A DNA stretch of 64,000 bases, taken from contig NC_043010.1 of assembly GCF_006345805.1 (NCBI RefSeq), positions 51,646,001 to 51,710,000 on the forward strand, read 5' to 3'. Below, piece after piece: positions 37,154-49,027 of the stretch. The position numbers and the translations under genes were made by a program. The number at the start of each line of letters is the position of its first letter. The first letter of the stretch is position 1. Source of the stretch: Octopus sinensis. Taxonomy: Eukaryota. Under the pieces are notes generated by a model. It ran no database searches, had not been told where the DNA came from, and saw nothing but the letters and a program-made list of their open reading frames with translations.

Positions 37154-37435
37154 TGGTGCGAGAAAATGGTTAAGCAATAGTAATTTTACTCTTTATTTCA
37201 TATCTTCTCTAGAATAACTATTGCTTAACCATTATAAAATAACTTTTTACAGCTTATCGCACTTCAATATAGGAAAAAACCTACATGCTTCTACACCTAT
37301 AAACTATTATTGCTTCTGAAAGTTGTTTCTTAAACCTGTTACAGATTGCTCGAAGCTTACTAACTTTCTACACCAAGAACCTTGGTTCTTACTATTACAT
37401 GTCATTATATATATGTGTGTGTGTGTGTGTGTGAA

Positions 37436-37760
37436 GACGTATGGCTTAGTGGTTAGATTGGCTCACTATCATGAGGTAGTGAGTTCGATTTCCAGACCAG
37501 GCTGTGTGTTGTATTCTTGACCAAAACACTTTATTTCATGTTGCTCCGGTTCACTCAGCTATAGAGTTGCGATGTCACTTGTGCGAAGCTGTATTGGCCT
37601 TTGCCTTATCCTTGGATAACATCAGTGGCATGAAGAGGGTAGGCTGGTATGCATGGGCAACTGTTGGTCTTCCATAAACAACATTGCCCAGACTTGTGCC
37701 TCTGAGGGTAACTTTCTAGGTGCAATCCTATGATCATTCATGACTGAAGGTCTTTACCCT
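37436..37760 (+). mobile_element. SINE family C
   Basis: Homologous to 33581-33908. Confidence 0.8.
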
Positions 37761-37793
37761 TTTATATATATATATATAGATATATATATATAC

Positions 37794-38042
37794 TCTGTTG
37801 TGTCTGGGGAGAGTAATTTTCTTTTTGTGCCTTATAATTTAACTCATTCACCGGTAAAATTTCTACTTATTTTAATTTTTATTTTCCTAAAATTTTCATT
37901 GCATCTTGCAACCTTTTCAACAGTCTTGACTCTCTATTGAAAAGGTTGCAAGATGCAACGAAAATTTTAGGAAAATAAAAATAAGAAATAAGTGGAAATT
38001 TTAAGGCACAAAAAGAAAATTACTCTCCCCAGACACAACAGA
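37794..38042. repeat. Foldback formed from an interspersed repeat family
   Basis: tctgttgtgtctggggagagtaattttc... mirrored by ...gaaaattactctccccagacacaacaga; linear relatives near 3985-4095 and 58440-58620. Confidence 0.85.
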
Positions 38043-38209
38043 ATATGCTTCAACACACATAAAGAATCTTGCAAACCAAATCCATAAACCATATATATAT
38101 ATATCATGGCTACCGAATAATTGTCACATATTATATTTACAAATAAATTACTCTATTTATATAATAGCAAGGTCTCTTTCATTCTTTTGTTGTCTTACCA
38201 TTTTTATCA

Positions 38210-38241
<32 letters not shown>

Positions 38242-38327
38242 GTATGATATATTTACGCCATGATAGATTGTTAGCCACTACACACATTTTTCCCTCCTCT
38301 TTTTCTCTCCTTCTTTTTTCTGTGTCC

Positions 38328-38364
38328 CTTTCTGTAGAAGAGCGTAGGCTCGAAATGCAAAAGA
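38328..38364 (+). ncRNA. Minimal hammerhead-like motif, GAGC-GTAG-GCTC family
   Basis: CTTT-CTGTAGA-A-GAGC(GTAG)GCTC-GAAAT-GCA-AAAGA. Confidence 0.5.
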
Positions 38365-38507
38365 CTTTTTCTATTCCTGAGTGTTATACTAATACATCTG
38401 TTTGTTTTGTACACCACCTGCTTTCGTCTTTTATTTTTCGTAAACTCTCCCTATATATATATATATAATATATATATATACACACACATCTACATTTTAT
38501 ATATATA

Positions 38508-38766
38508 TATTATATTAAATTAGAGATAAAACCACTATTTGGCAAATCATACAATGAAAAACTTAAGCCAATGCATAAGATTAATTAATTTATATTATTT
38601 TAAATATATATCAAAATTATTAAAAAAGATAATTAATAAATTATCTTTTTTAATAATTTTGTTATATATTTAAATAATATAAATTAAATAATCTTATGTA
38701 TTGGCTTAAGTTTTTCATTGTATGATTTGCCTAATAGTGGTTTTATCTCTAATTTAATATAATATA
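38508..38766. repeat. Near-perfect AT-rich foldback, arms about 125 bp
   Basis: ttaaattagagataaaaccactatttggcaaatcatacaatgaaaaacttaagcc... mirrored at 38700-38760. Confidence 0.9.
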
Positions 38767-38841
38767 ATATTTTTCTATAAAATTGGATTCAATCCTAAAT
38801 CTGATTTTTCCCTGTAAGTTTGGATTTATTCCCTAATATTT

Positions 38842-38883
<42 letters not shown>

Positions 38884-39160
38884 ACACAAACAAATGGATT
38901 TCCAAGTTTGCTACAATTGTTTCATTAGAAAGATGTTATAAGCGTAATACAATTATTTAGGTTAGGCAATATACTATGCAACTCCCAAGCTCATCAGGTG
39001 ACTTCTCAAAATGTAGTGATGTGACAGCTTGTTGAATGATGCATTGATTCTTAACTAGCTGAAAAACAAACGATGATACCAATTAGTGGCGTGATTCACA
39101 TTGATATGCCTTATGCTAGCATGGAAAACGGACGTTAAATGATGATGATGATGACGATGA

Positions 39161-39792
39161 CTCTTTTACTCTTTTACTTGTTTTAGTCATCTGACTGCAG
39201 CCATGCTGGAGCACCACCTTTTAGTCGAGCAAATCGACCCCAGGACTTATTCTTTGTAAAATATCCGTCAAATGTAAATAATATACATAATTCTCATCTC
39301 CTTTAACTCTTTTACTTGTTTCAGTCATTTGACTGTGGCCATGCTGGAGCACCACCTTTTAGTCGAGCAAATCGACCCCAGGACTTATTCTTTGTAAAAT
39401 ATCCGTCAAATGTAAATAATATACATAATTCTCATCTCCTTTAACTCTTTTACTTGTTTCAGTCATTTGACTGTGGCCATGCTGGAGCACCACCTTTTAG
39501 GACTTATTCTTTGTAAGCCTAGTACTTAATCTATTGGTCTCTTTTGCTGAACTGCTAAGTGGCGGGGACATAAACACAGCAGCATTGGTTGTCAAGCGAT
39601 GTTGGGGGGACAAACACAGACACACAAATACATACTCACACACATACATATATATATATATATACATATATATGACGAGCTACTTTCAATTTCCGTCTAC
39701 TAAATCCACTTGCCCAAGGTACCACGCAGTGGGACTGAACCTGGAATCATGTGGTTCATAAGCAAGCTACTTACCACACAGACGCTCCTACA
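39161..39792 (-). mobile_element. SINE family N with two 140-bp chimeric tandem repeats at its 3' end
   Basis: Each unit is the SINE tail plus aatatccgtcaaatgtaaataat..., the terminus of the hammerhead element at 51874-51900. Confidence 0.8.
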
Positions 39793-40168
39793 CCTATATA
39801 CATACATATATATATGCACATACACACACAATGGGATTTCACACAGTTTCTAAAACCACTTGATTACAAAGCGAACTTCTTTATAGTCATGCCTGTACCT
39901 TTATAAATGCATGTATTCAGATATATATGTATGCATGCATGTATATGTCATTAAAATTCTTTGGAAACGCAATCAAATAAATTTTCAAAAACCACAAAAA
40001 GACCACATAATTTTATACACACTAACAGATGCACAGGCCAAATAATGACTGGCTGGCTGGCGCTTGGTCAGTTATGAAGACGAAGGTCCTGGTTGAACCA
40101 ATCAACAGAACAGCTTGCTCGTGAAATTAATGTGCAAATGACTGAGAACTCCACAGGCACATGTACCC

Positions 40169-40397
40169 TTAACCCTTTTGTTACCAACCCGGCTGAAACC
40201 AGCTCTGGCTCTGAGTACAAATGTCTTGTTTTCATAAGTTTTGAATTAAAATCTTCCACCAAAACTTAGTCACAATTTATGCTCTTAACACTAGCTTAAT
40301 GATAACTAAGTTATTTTACTAAATTCTTTTGTTATATTTAGAGTAATTGAAACAAACACAGAGCATCTCAAAATAAATACAGTAACGAAAGGGTTAA
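40169..40397. mobile_element. piggyBac-like MITE inserted in a SINE
   Basis: TTAA-CCCTTTTGTTAC ... GTAACGAAAGGG-TTAA; the SINE continues on both sides. Confidence 0.8.
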
Positions 40398-40589
40398 TGT
40401 AGTTCTCAGGAAGATTCTGCGTGACACAGAATGGGACAAGACTGGCCCTTTGAATCACTAGTACAGCCCATTTTTGCCAGCTGGGTGGACTAGAGCTATA
40501 TGAAATAAAGTGTCTTGCTCAAGGACACAATCTGTCCTGACAGGTATCAAAATCATGGTCTTAAGAAGGCTGAGGGTGTCTTGGCATCA

Positions 40590-41220
40590 CGTACCAAGTC
40601 CTTTGTGAGCCGCTCTCCGACTATCTATCTGCGGCTTTATATAGCTATGGTGCGACCTCACTTGGAATTTACATAATTGATCTGGAACCCCTATCTTGCC
40701 CAGAATATTAATCGTCTGGAAACCATTCAGCGACGTGCAACCAAAAAATACCCTCCATCAAGCATTTGCCTCATTCAGAACGCCTTACTTCCCTGGGCAT
40801 GGATACATTGAAACTCCAACTGACTTGGCAGACACCCATAAAATTATTAACCATCTTACAAACAATAACTCTGAGCACCTTTTCAAACTCCACCTGTCTA
40901 ACACCCGTGGACATGTTTACATAGTCAGAAAACAGCACAGCTCCCATGACATTCGGAAACATTTTTTCATGCTAAGAGTTGCTGAAGTATGGAACAAACT
41001 GCCGGCATCAGTTGTTAGTTGTCGGAGCACTGCATCCTTCAAAACTTCCATGCTTCCTGAGATTCGCCAACACTACACCTGATTTTCTCCCCTCCGTACT
41101 CACGCAAGCATGTTGCTGACTCATACACTGTTCACTTCCCAGACATTTGTACATTACTGCATATGCTTTATACGCACTTTTGACAAGTTGTGGTGCACCT
41201 GAGCATTGTATACAATAATT

Positions 41221-41255
<35 letters not shown>
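40590..41255 (+). mobile_element. CR1-type LINE 3' ~650 bp
   Basis: LEFT/WNPY-like region through DLADTHKIINHLTNNNSEHLFKLH...WNKLPASVV...HYT*, then (ATT)n. Confidence 0.85.
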
Positions 41256-41257
<2 letters not shown>

Positions 41258-41932
41258 GATCATTAGCCAAACACCATAGCCATTAAGCCATGTGCCTTCA
41301 CAAGCCAACTTCCAAGCACACACATAAATACATGCATACATTTGTGCATGAATGCTAACACTGACATGGAAGCCTCCGAATGCTCAGAAGCTGATGAAAG
41401 AGTCTCTGTGTGGTCACTTCATAAGCTAGAAATAGCAACCAAATCTCTCTAACAAGTTTTTATTTGAAAAAAAAAAAACAAAGAGCAGTCAGTATATATT
41501 AAAAGCTGTTGTGATCCTGGAAATACATTGAATATGTGTAGTAGATGGGATGGTCACAACTAGAAGCCATGATTTGTTTGATTAAAACTGAGCTGGATGG
41601 AGAGAGGGGGTGGCTATACAACAAAAACAACAACAACAGAATGGGTATGAAATGCAGAGCAATGCTCCAGCAGGGGCAGGGGGAGTTTGGAGAAGGTTGT
41701 AAAAAAATATATAAATAAAAAAATAAGAAAAACAAGAAAGCGATTTAACATTAAAATGTATAATTAATGAAGACATTTTGTCGTTAAAATTGTTTCTTTC
41801 GTTAATGTTGCACATCGTCGTTTATATATATTTATTTTTTAAATTAATTAATTAATTAATGGAGATCTCGAAAGTTGAATTGATACATGTGTGTGTATAT
41901 GTGTGTGTGTGTGTATGTGTGAGTGTGTGTAT

Positions 41933-41964
<32 letters not shown>

Positions 41965-42060
41965 CATACATACACATATATATGCATGTAGGTGTGTGTG
42001 TGTGTGTGTATTCATATATATGTGTGTGCCTGTAAATGCATATATATGTATGCGTATATT

Positions 42061-42113
<53 letters not shown>

Positions 42114-42162
42114 ATTCATGCATGTGTTTGTGGTGTGTGTATAAATACACACACATACACAC

Positions 42163-42249
<87 letters not shown>

Positions 42250-42912
42250 TATATATATTTTCATATATTTGTAATTGACGAACCAACCAGTGAGCAATAT
42301 ATATATGTATATTAACCATGTAGATGCCGACATTAGGTGAGAAGCGATATTGGCTACATTTTGCGAGATTTGAACTGGAATCATCAATGCAAGAGTTTTC
42401 CATATTTTTTTGTTGGTTTTTTTTTCTTTTCGTTTTTCAATTGCATTCATTTTACGTGGCAGCAGGGTGTACGGAGGGTCGGGTGCCAAGTGGGTAGGTG
42501 AATAGGGGAGAACATCTTATTTTTTTTTTGTTTTTTTATTCTTTTCGTGGTGGGGGAGGATGAGGTCAGAAAAGGGGGGGAACTTTTTTTTTTATTAATA
42601 TTTTCATCTTTTTGGGGGAGGGAGGGGATGTATTTCACATTTTCTTTTTTATTTTATTGATTATGTTTTTTTATGTTTTTTTTTCTTTTTTTTTTGCAAT
42701 TTTACAGTTTTATAGCTTCATTTCGAAAAAAAGAAAAAAATTGAAACAAGCAGGGGTGGGGAAAGAAAAATCCTCCCTAATCCCTTTTCACCCCATCACC
42801 TCCCTCATACACACACATACATACTCTCTCTCTCTCACATACATACATACACACACACATATTGAAATCTAATATATATATATATATATTTTTTCTTTTG
42901 TTCTGCCAGTTC

Positions 42913-43023
42913 TTACTGGCCACTGTCTTCAGCATCTTCTTCCTCGATTGGTTTCGACCATAGTTTCTGATCAGAGAGGAGTGATGGTGGAAATAGTCTG
43001 GTGTGAAGATAATCTTCAAGAAC
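42913..43023 (-). CDS. SDR/epimerase-like gene, terminal exon VLEDYLHTRLFPPSLLSDQKLWSKPIEEEDAEDSGQ*
   Basis: ttttacag acceptor, phase 0, 37 codons including TAA. Confidence 0.85.
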   Translation of the reverse strand, partial: VLEDYLHTRLFPPSLLSDQKLWSKPIEEEDAEDSGQ

Positions 43024-43275
43024 CTGTAAAATGGTTAAAAAAAAAATTTTTTTTAATTAAAATTTGCAAACGAACATAAGCATATATATGTATGTGTACA
43101 GTATAGGAGTGGCTATGTGGTAAGTAGCTTGCTTACCAACCACATGGTTCCGGGTTCAGTCCCACTGCGTGGCACCTTGGGCAAGTGTCTTCTACTATAG
43201 CCTCGGGCCGACCAAAGCCTTGCGAGAGGATTTGGTAGATGGAAACTGAAAGAAGCCTGTCCTATATATGTGTGT

Positions 43276-43928
43276 GTAAATATTTATTTCGTATATTTTC
43301 ACTTGTTTATTGCTATGGTTTTGTGCTGAGTTTGATCTGAGAACATAATCTTTTGTGGAGAATGGCGATTTGACGTCTATATCTAGCATGTTGACTGTCC
43401 ACTTTTCGTGTTCAGTCCTTAATTGGTATATATAAATATTTTAATCTTCGGATTTTTTTAATATGCTAGACCACTGGTTCTAATTGATAAATATCAATTT
43501 CTACCCTAAATTAATTTTATATAAATATATATGTTCTCTAACCGATAAATTAACTGCTGCTAATTATTAGCTGCAGGCTAGTTTTCTCGGGTCTCAATGC
43601 ACCAAAAGTAAAGGCATTTGAAATATATATTCAAATGTAATAGGCTGTACTCCATGCACGCGATATTTCGGTATCGTGTTTGCATCTAGTCCAGCAAATT
43701 GCATTTTATATCGGACCATGCTGATGATGGCTGCAGTTTTCCTTGCGGAAAATAACAGCCGAAACTAATTAGTACATGGGTAAATATTTATTTCGTATAT
43801 TTTCACTTGTTTATTGCTATGGTTTTGTGCTGAGTTTGATCTGAGAACATAATCTTTTGTGGAGAATGGCGATTTGACGTCTATATCTAGCATGTTGACT
43901 GTCCACTTTTCGTGTTCAGTCCTTAATT

Positions 43929-43938
<10 letters not shown>
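43276..43938 (+). mobile_element. Hammerhead-containing non-autonomous retroelement (retrozyme / Penelope pLTR-like), 504-nt unit x1.3
   Basis: 43276-43434 is repeated identically at 43780-43938, with an intact hammerhead at the junction. Confidence 0.75.
43716..43779 (+). ncRNA. Type I hammerhead ribozyme with intact core
   Basis: CCATG-CTGATGA-T-GGCTG...CAGCC-GAAAC(TAATTA)GTA|CATGG; predicted cleavage after 43774. Confidence 0.9.
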
Positions 43939-43989
<51 letters not shown>

Positions 43990-44214
43990 ATATGTTTGTG
44001 TGTCTGTGTTTGTTCCCCCCCCCCAACATCGCTTGACAACCGATGCTGGTTGATAATTCTAATCACATGTTGTTCATATTTAGGGGTGTAAGAAAAGGGT
44101 ATGATAATGCTTTGTTGATTGATATGTGTAGCAATTGAATCTTTGTTGGTATTGAAGGAGAGAAAATTAGCAGGACAACATTGGAGAATGCTTTCAAGGG
44201 CTTTGTTCATGGAA

Positions 44215-44450
44215 TAATAATGATAGAAATAGTGAAGAAGAAGAAAAAAATAAATAATTATGACAATTTAAAGTGGGAAATGCAAAGGTTGTGGTTAATG
44301 AAGAGAGTAGACGTGATACCAATAGTAATTGGTGCACTTGGAAGTATCAGCACTCAACTACCAATGTAGCTGGAAAAAATCGGTGCAAGTGTGAAGGTAG
44401 AACACCTACAAAAATCAGCATTGCTTGGAACTTCTCTTGAAGCATGACCA
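44215..44450 (+). mobile_element. R4/Dong- or CRE-like non-LTR retroelement C-terminal remnant
   Basis: KKINNYDNLKWEMQRLW...VIPIVIGALG...EHLQKSALLGT resembles the tail of restriction-like endonuclease domains. Confidence 0.65.
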
Positions 44451-44929
44451 GTAAACAAGTATCACTTAAGTCCGCTGCCTGTGGACAGCTGATATTTTCC
44501 ATCATACCCAACAATTTAAGCTGTGAGTTTTAATACAATAATAATAATGACCAGCACTATGACCCAGCAACGCCGGGTCATAGTGCTAGTACATGCATAT
44601 ACAGCTGTGTGCGTGCGCACATACACGCGAGTACTGTCCAAATCTCTGACCAATCACATACAGCTAGCTGGCATTCAATTGCCGTATCAAGTTTTGGGCA
44701 TTTTGATTGGGTTTTGGATAGAAAATTCACAAAAAAGTTACTTCTATTGATTTTTTAATGGCTTTGTGGGGTGGCTGGGGAAATGTAAAGATGTGCACGA
44801 CCACCCTTGGACGGTTTTAAATGACCACAGAAAGTGCGAGCCCTCTAACTGAAAAATTGTGGATTTGTATAAAGGACACACACACAGACATTTTGCTGTT
44901 TATATATATAGAGATGATGATAATAAAAA

Positions 44930-45565
44930 CAATCTTTTATATTGGAGGCAAAAGGCCTGAAATTTGTAGAAAGGGGACTAGTCGATTACATTGACCCCCA
45001 GTGTTTCACTGGTACTTAATCTATTGACTCTGAAAAGATGGAAGGCAAAGTTGACCTCAGAGGAATAATAATAATAATTCTTTCTATTATAGGCACAAGA
45101 CCTGAAATTTGGGGGGAGGGGGCCGGTCGATTAGATCAACCCCAGTACACAACTGGTACTTAATTTAACAACTCCAAAACGATGAAAGGTAAAGTCGACC
45201 TTGGCAGAATTTGAACTCAGAATGTAAAAACAGAAGAAATGCTGCTAAGCATTTTGTCCAGCATGCTAATGATTCTGCCAGCTCACTGCCCTAATAATAA
45301 TAGTAATAATAATAATAATAATAATATTGATGATGATGATGATGATGATCCTTCCTACTAGAGGCAAAAGGCCTGAAATTTTTGGAGAGGGGCTAAGTCG
45401 ATTACATCAACTCCAGTGCTCAACTTGTACTTATTTTATCAACCCCGAAAGGATAAAAGGCAAAGTTGATCTCGGCGGAATTTGAACTCAGAATGTAGCA
45501 GCAGATGAAATACTGCTAAGCATTTCGTCCAGCATGCTAATGATTCTGCCAGCTCACCGCCTTAT
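44930..45565 (-). mobile_element. Cluster of three SINE family B copies separated by (AAT)n
   Basis: Repeated ggcacaaggcctgaaattt...gtcgattacat...gaatttgaactcagaa units. Confidence 0.8.
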
Positions 45566-45746
45566 AATAAGGAGAGAGGGAGGGTGGAGGAGGAGGAGGA
45601 GGAAGAAGAAGTTGGAAGAAAGAAGATGATGGAAGAAGAAAAAAAAAGGAGGAGGAGGAAGTAGAAATGGAAGAAATTAGGAAGAAGTAAAGTTAAAGTT
45701 AGAAGACAGGAAAAGAAGCGGAAGAAAAAGGACCACAACAACTCAC

Positions 45747-45848
45747 CTCTTTCATGTAATCGATGGTTAACTCTGGTTTTTGGCAGCTGAAGCCAAGGGA
45801 TTCCAGCTTGGAACCGCTGAGGTGAAGGTGTTTATTGTAGAGAAGTTC
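45747..45848 (-). CDS. SDR-like exon ELLYNKHLHLSGSKLESLGFSCQKPELTIDYMKE
   Basis: ctactag|GAA...GAG|gtgagt; 102 nt; phase 0/0. Confidence 0.9.
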
Positions 45849-46207
45849 CTAGTAGAAAGAGAATAAAACAGCAAACACTTCATTAAGTAACGAGGAACAA
45901 TGATGTATGTTTTTTTTTTCATTTTGTTCTTTTTTCAAAAACATATTTCAGTCATTTGACTACGGCCATGCTGGAGCATCGCCTTGAACAGTTTAGTTGA
46001 ATAAATTGACCCCAGTATTTATTTATTTTTTTAAACCAAGCACTTATTCTATCAGTCTCTTTATGCTGGACTAAGTTAAAGGGATGTAAACAAACCAACA
46101 CCACATTTTAAGTGTCGGTGGAGTGCAAACAATACAAATGCACAGAAAGATACACAAAACATTTATAGCATACAGCTTATCACCCTCACAATGCTAATAA
46201 TAATAAT

Positions 46208-47290
46208 AAAAATAATCCTTTCTATTAAAGGAATAAGGCTTGAAATTTGAGGGGAGTGGACTGGTTCAATAAATTGACCCCAGTGCTTCACTGGTTCTTC
46301 ATTTATTGACCCCAAAAGGATGAAAGGCAAAGTCGACCTCGATGGAATTTGAACTCAGAACATAGCAACAGGTGAAATGCCACTAAACATTTTGCCCAGC
46401 GTGCTAACAACTTTGCCAGCTCACCACCTTAATAGTAATAATAACAAGAGCACTCAGAGAGCACAAACGACCACCAAGGCAACACCAATGTCCTCTCAAT
46501 GAGATGATTTTTAAAATGAGGATATCTGAAATAAACTCGACTGCTCTCCCAAGCGAAAATACTAAAAATGAACCTGACTGCTCTCAAAAATTAAGTAAAA
46601 AAAAGGAAAAAATAATCCAGATCCTTGTCCGGTACTGGATCGATCCCAAAATCTAATCAGTTTGTGCCAGTCACAAGGATAAACATCTCTGAAAGTTTCA
46701 TCCCAATCCATCCAGCGGGTCTTGAGATATCTTGTCCATGGACAAACAAACATACAAACAAACAAACAAACACAACTAAAAATAACACCTCTGCCTTCAC
46801 TAAGGTGGAGGTAATAATAATAATTCTTTATACTATAGGTACAATGCCTGAAATTTGAGGGGAGGGGGATAGTTGATTACATTGACCTCCCCTTCCCCCA
46901 GTACTCAGCTGGTACTTATTTCATTGAGCCCAAAATGACAAAAGGCAAAGTTGACCTCAGCAGAATTTGAACTCAGACCATCAAGACAGACAAAATGCCG
47001 CTAATGGTTCTACCAGCTCGCCACCTTAATGGTTTCAAATTCTGGCACAATGCCAGCAATTTTGGGGCAGGGGATAATCAATTTCCAAATTTTAGCATGA
47101 GGCCAGTAATTTCAGGGAGAGAGGTTAAATAGTCAGTTACAGCAATTCCAGTATTTAACTGAGACTTCCCGAAAGAATAAAAGGCAAAGTTGACCTTAGC
47201 AGAATTTGAACTCAGAATGTAAAGAGTCAGAAAAAAAATGCTGCTGAACATTTTGACTGGCATCCTAATGATTCTGCCAAGTTGTCATCT
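46208..47290 (-). mobile_element. Further SINE family B copies plus an unclassified repeat (46440-46815)
   Basis: Same family B motifs at about 46208-46432, 46820-47030 and 47080-47290. Confidence 0.7.
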
Positions 47291-47393
47291 CCCTGGGGCT
47301 AAATATTAGCAACAAATATTTCAACTTTCAATAGTGGTGGCTTAAAAAGTGGAAAGAGAATAAGGGGGAAAAAAAATCAAAACACAGACAAAC

Positions 47394-47507
47394 CTGGTCA
47401 ATAAATGGATTCAATGGGGTATTTGTGACATTGTCCCTTTGACAGGCATCGGCCCATGGCTCCATATGTTTGTCGTTAATCTCCTCCACTATGCTGTTCA
47501 TATTCAA
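47394..47507 (-). CDS. SDR-like exon LNMNSIVEEINDKHMEPWADACQRDNVTNTPLNPFIDQ
   Basis: ttgcag|TTG...CAG|gtttgt; 114 nt; phase 0/0. Confidence 0.9.
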
Positions 47508-47589
47508 CTGCAAGGAGAAACAATAACAACAACAGCATTAGTAACAATATAAGTAACAACAACAGCAACAACAATAATTGCAACATTGC

Positions 47590-47820
47590 AATGTTGGGGG
47601 GGACAAACAAGACACACAGACATACACACACACACACACACACACACATATGTATATATATATAATGGGCTTCTTTCAGTTTCCGTCTACCAAATCCACT
47701 CACAAGGCTTTGGTCGGCCCGAGGCTATAGTAGAAGACACTTGCCCAAGGTGCCACGCAGTGGGACTGAACCCGGAACCATGTGGTTGGTAAGCAAGCTA
47801 CTTACCACACAGCCACTCCT
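47590..47820 (-). mobile_element. SINE family N 5' half
   Basis: Homologous to 4690-4915. Confidence 0.8.
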
Positions 47821-47994
47821 AATGTTAATTCATTTCTTCCAAATACCTGCTTATTAATTCTTCATTTTTTTTTTTAATTAATTAAGCCAAGGAAGTGTAT
47901 TTCAACAGAAATACAGAAACAAAAGGTTAAATGGAGAAGTGAGAAAAGTGATGAGGGAGAGTTAGTGTAATAATGAGAGCTGAGAGTAACTTAC

Positions 47995-48080
47995 CTTAGC
48001 CAAACTTGACATAGTTGAGCCAACGAATTCATGTTCTATGTTGAAAATGGTTGAAATCAGCTCACTGATCTTGCCTTGAG
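47995..48080 (-). CDS. SDR-like exon (T)QGKISELISTIFNIEHEFVGSTMSSLAK
   Basis: cctttag|CT...AAG|gtaagt; 86 nt; phase 1/0. Confidence 0.9.
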
Positions 48081-48573
48081 CTAAAGGAAGAGAACAAGAG
48101 GAAAATGTAAAATGTTTTGGTTTTGTTAAAGTTGAGAGTTTGTTAACCTTTAGTTCTATCTTTTTATTTGTTTCAGTCATTGGACTGCAACCCTGGGCAT
48201 TGAAGGTGGAGGAGGAGGAGGAGGTGGTGGTGGTGGTGGAGGAGGGGGAGGAAGAGGTGGAGGAGGTGGTGGTGGAGGATGATGATGATGAGTAGGTGGA
48301 GGAGGAGGGAGAAGAAGAAGGGGAAGAAGGAAGAAGAAGAAGAAGAAGAAAGAAAGAGGAAGAAGGAAAAGGAGAAGAGAGGAAGAAGAAGGAAAAGAGA
48401 AGAAGGAGGTGGTGGAGGAGGAGGAGGAGGAGGAGGAGGGATAAAATAGGGGTTATACAACAAAAACAGCTGGTGCCTGAACTATATTGTATGTAAACTA
48501 CATTGCGTAAAGGATGGGGTGCGGAAGATGAAGAGATGGTGAGGTAGTGAAAATGGAAAATTCTAGAACTTAC

Positions 48574-48700
48574 TGGTGTCTCCTTTATCAACAATGTGGT
48601 AGATTTCTCCCGTCTTGCCGTGGTTGCAGAGAAACCAGAGGGCTCGGCACATGTCTTCCACATGGACTGTATTCATCTTGAGTTCCTTGGTCCACAGCAT
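48574..48700 (-). CDS. SDR-like exon MLWTKELKMNTVHVEDMCRALWFLCNHGKTGEIYHIVDKGDT
   Basis: gtaacag|ATG...A|gtaagt; 127 nt; phase 0/1; carries the extended-SDR HVxD motif. Confidence 0.92.
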
Positions 48701-49027
48701 CTGTTACGAGAACCACAGATTAAAGAAATCGGTTAGATAATGGTTTGTACGAGTGGCAGTGGTGGTTGTAACGGTGGTGGTGTAATGTGGAGATGATGTG
48801 AGATGGGGGGCAATGGCAGTAGTGTGATAAGGTGGTGTTCGTGATAGTTATGGTTTTAGTGGTGATATAGATGGTGGTGGTGGTGGTGGTGGTGGTATCA
48901 ATGGTAGGGGTGATGGTGGTTGTGTGATGTGGTGGTGTTAGTGCAAGGTGGTGGTGTTAGTGATAGTTTTAGTGGTGATATAGATGGTGATATAGATGGT
49001 GGTGTTGGTGGTATCAATGGTAGAGAA

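Larger units (their letters stand above)
43100..44050 (+). mobile_element. SINE family N 5' part, split by the hammerhead element
   Basis: Head at 43100-43275; body resumes gtttgtgtgtctgtgtttgt...catcgcttgacaaccgatgctgg at about 43990-44050. Confidence 0.8.

Noticed and set aside
38910-39000. CTGATGA ... GAAACAATTGTA on the minus strand
   Set aside because: The core and palindromic stem III are suggestive, but stems I and II do not pair; at best a very old hammerhead remnant.
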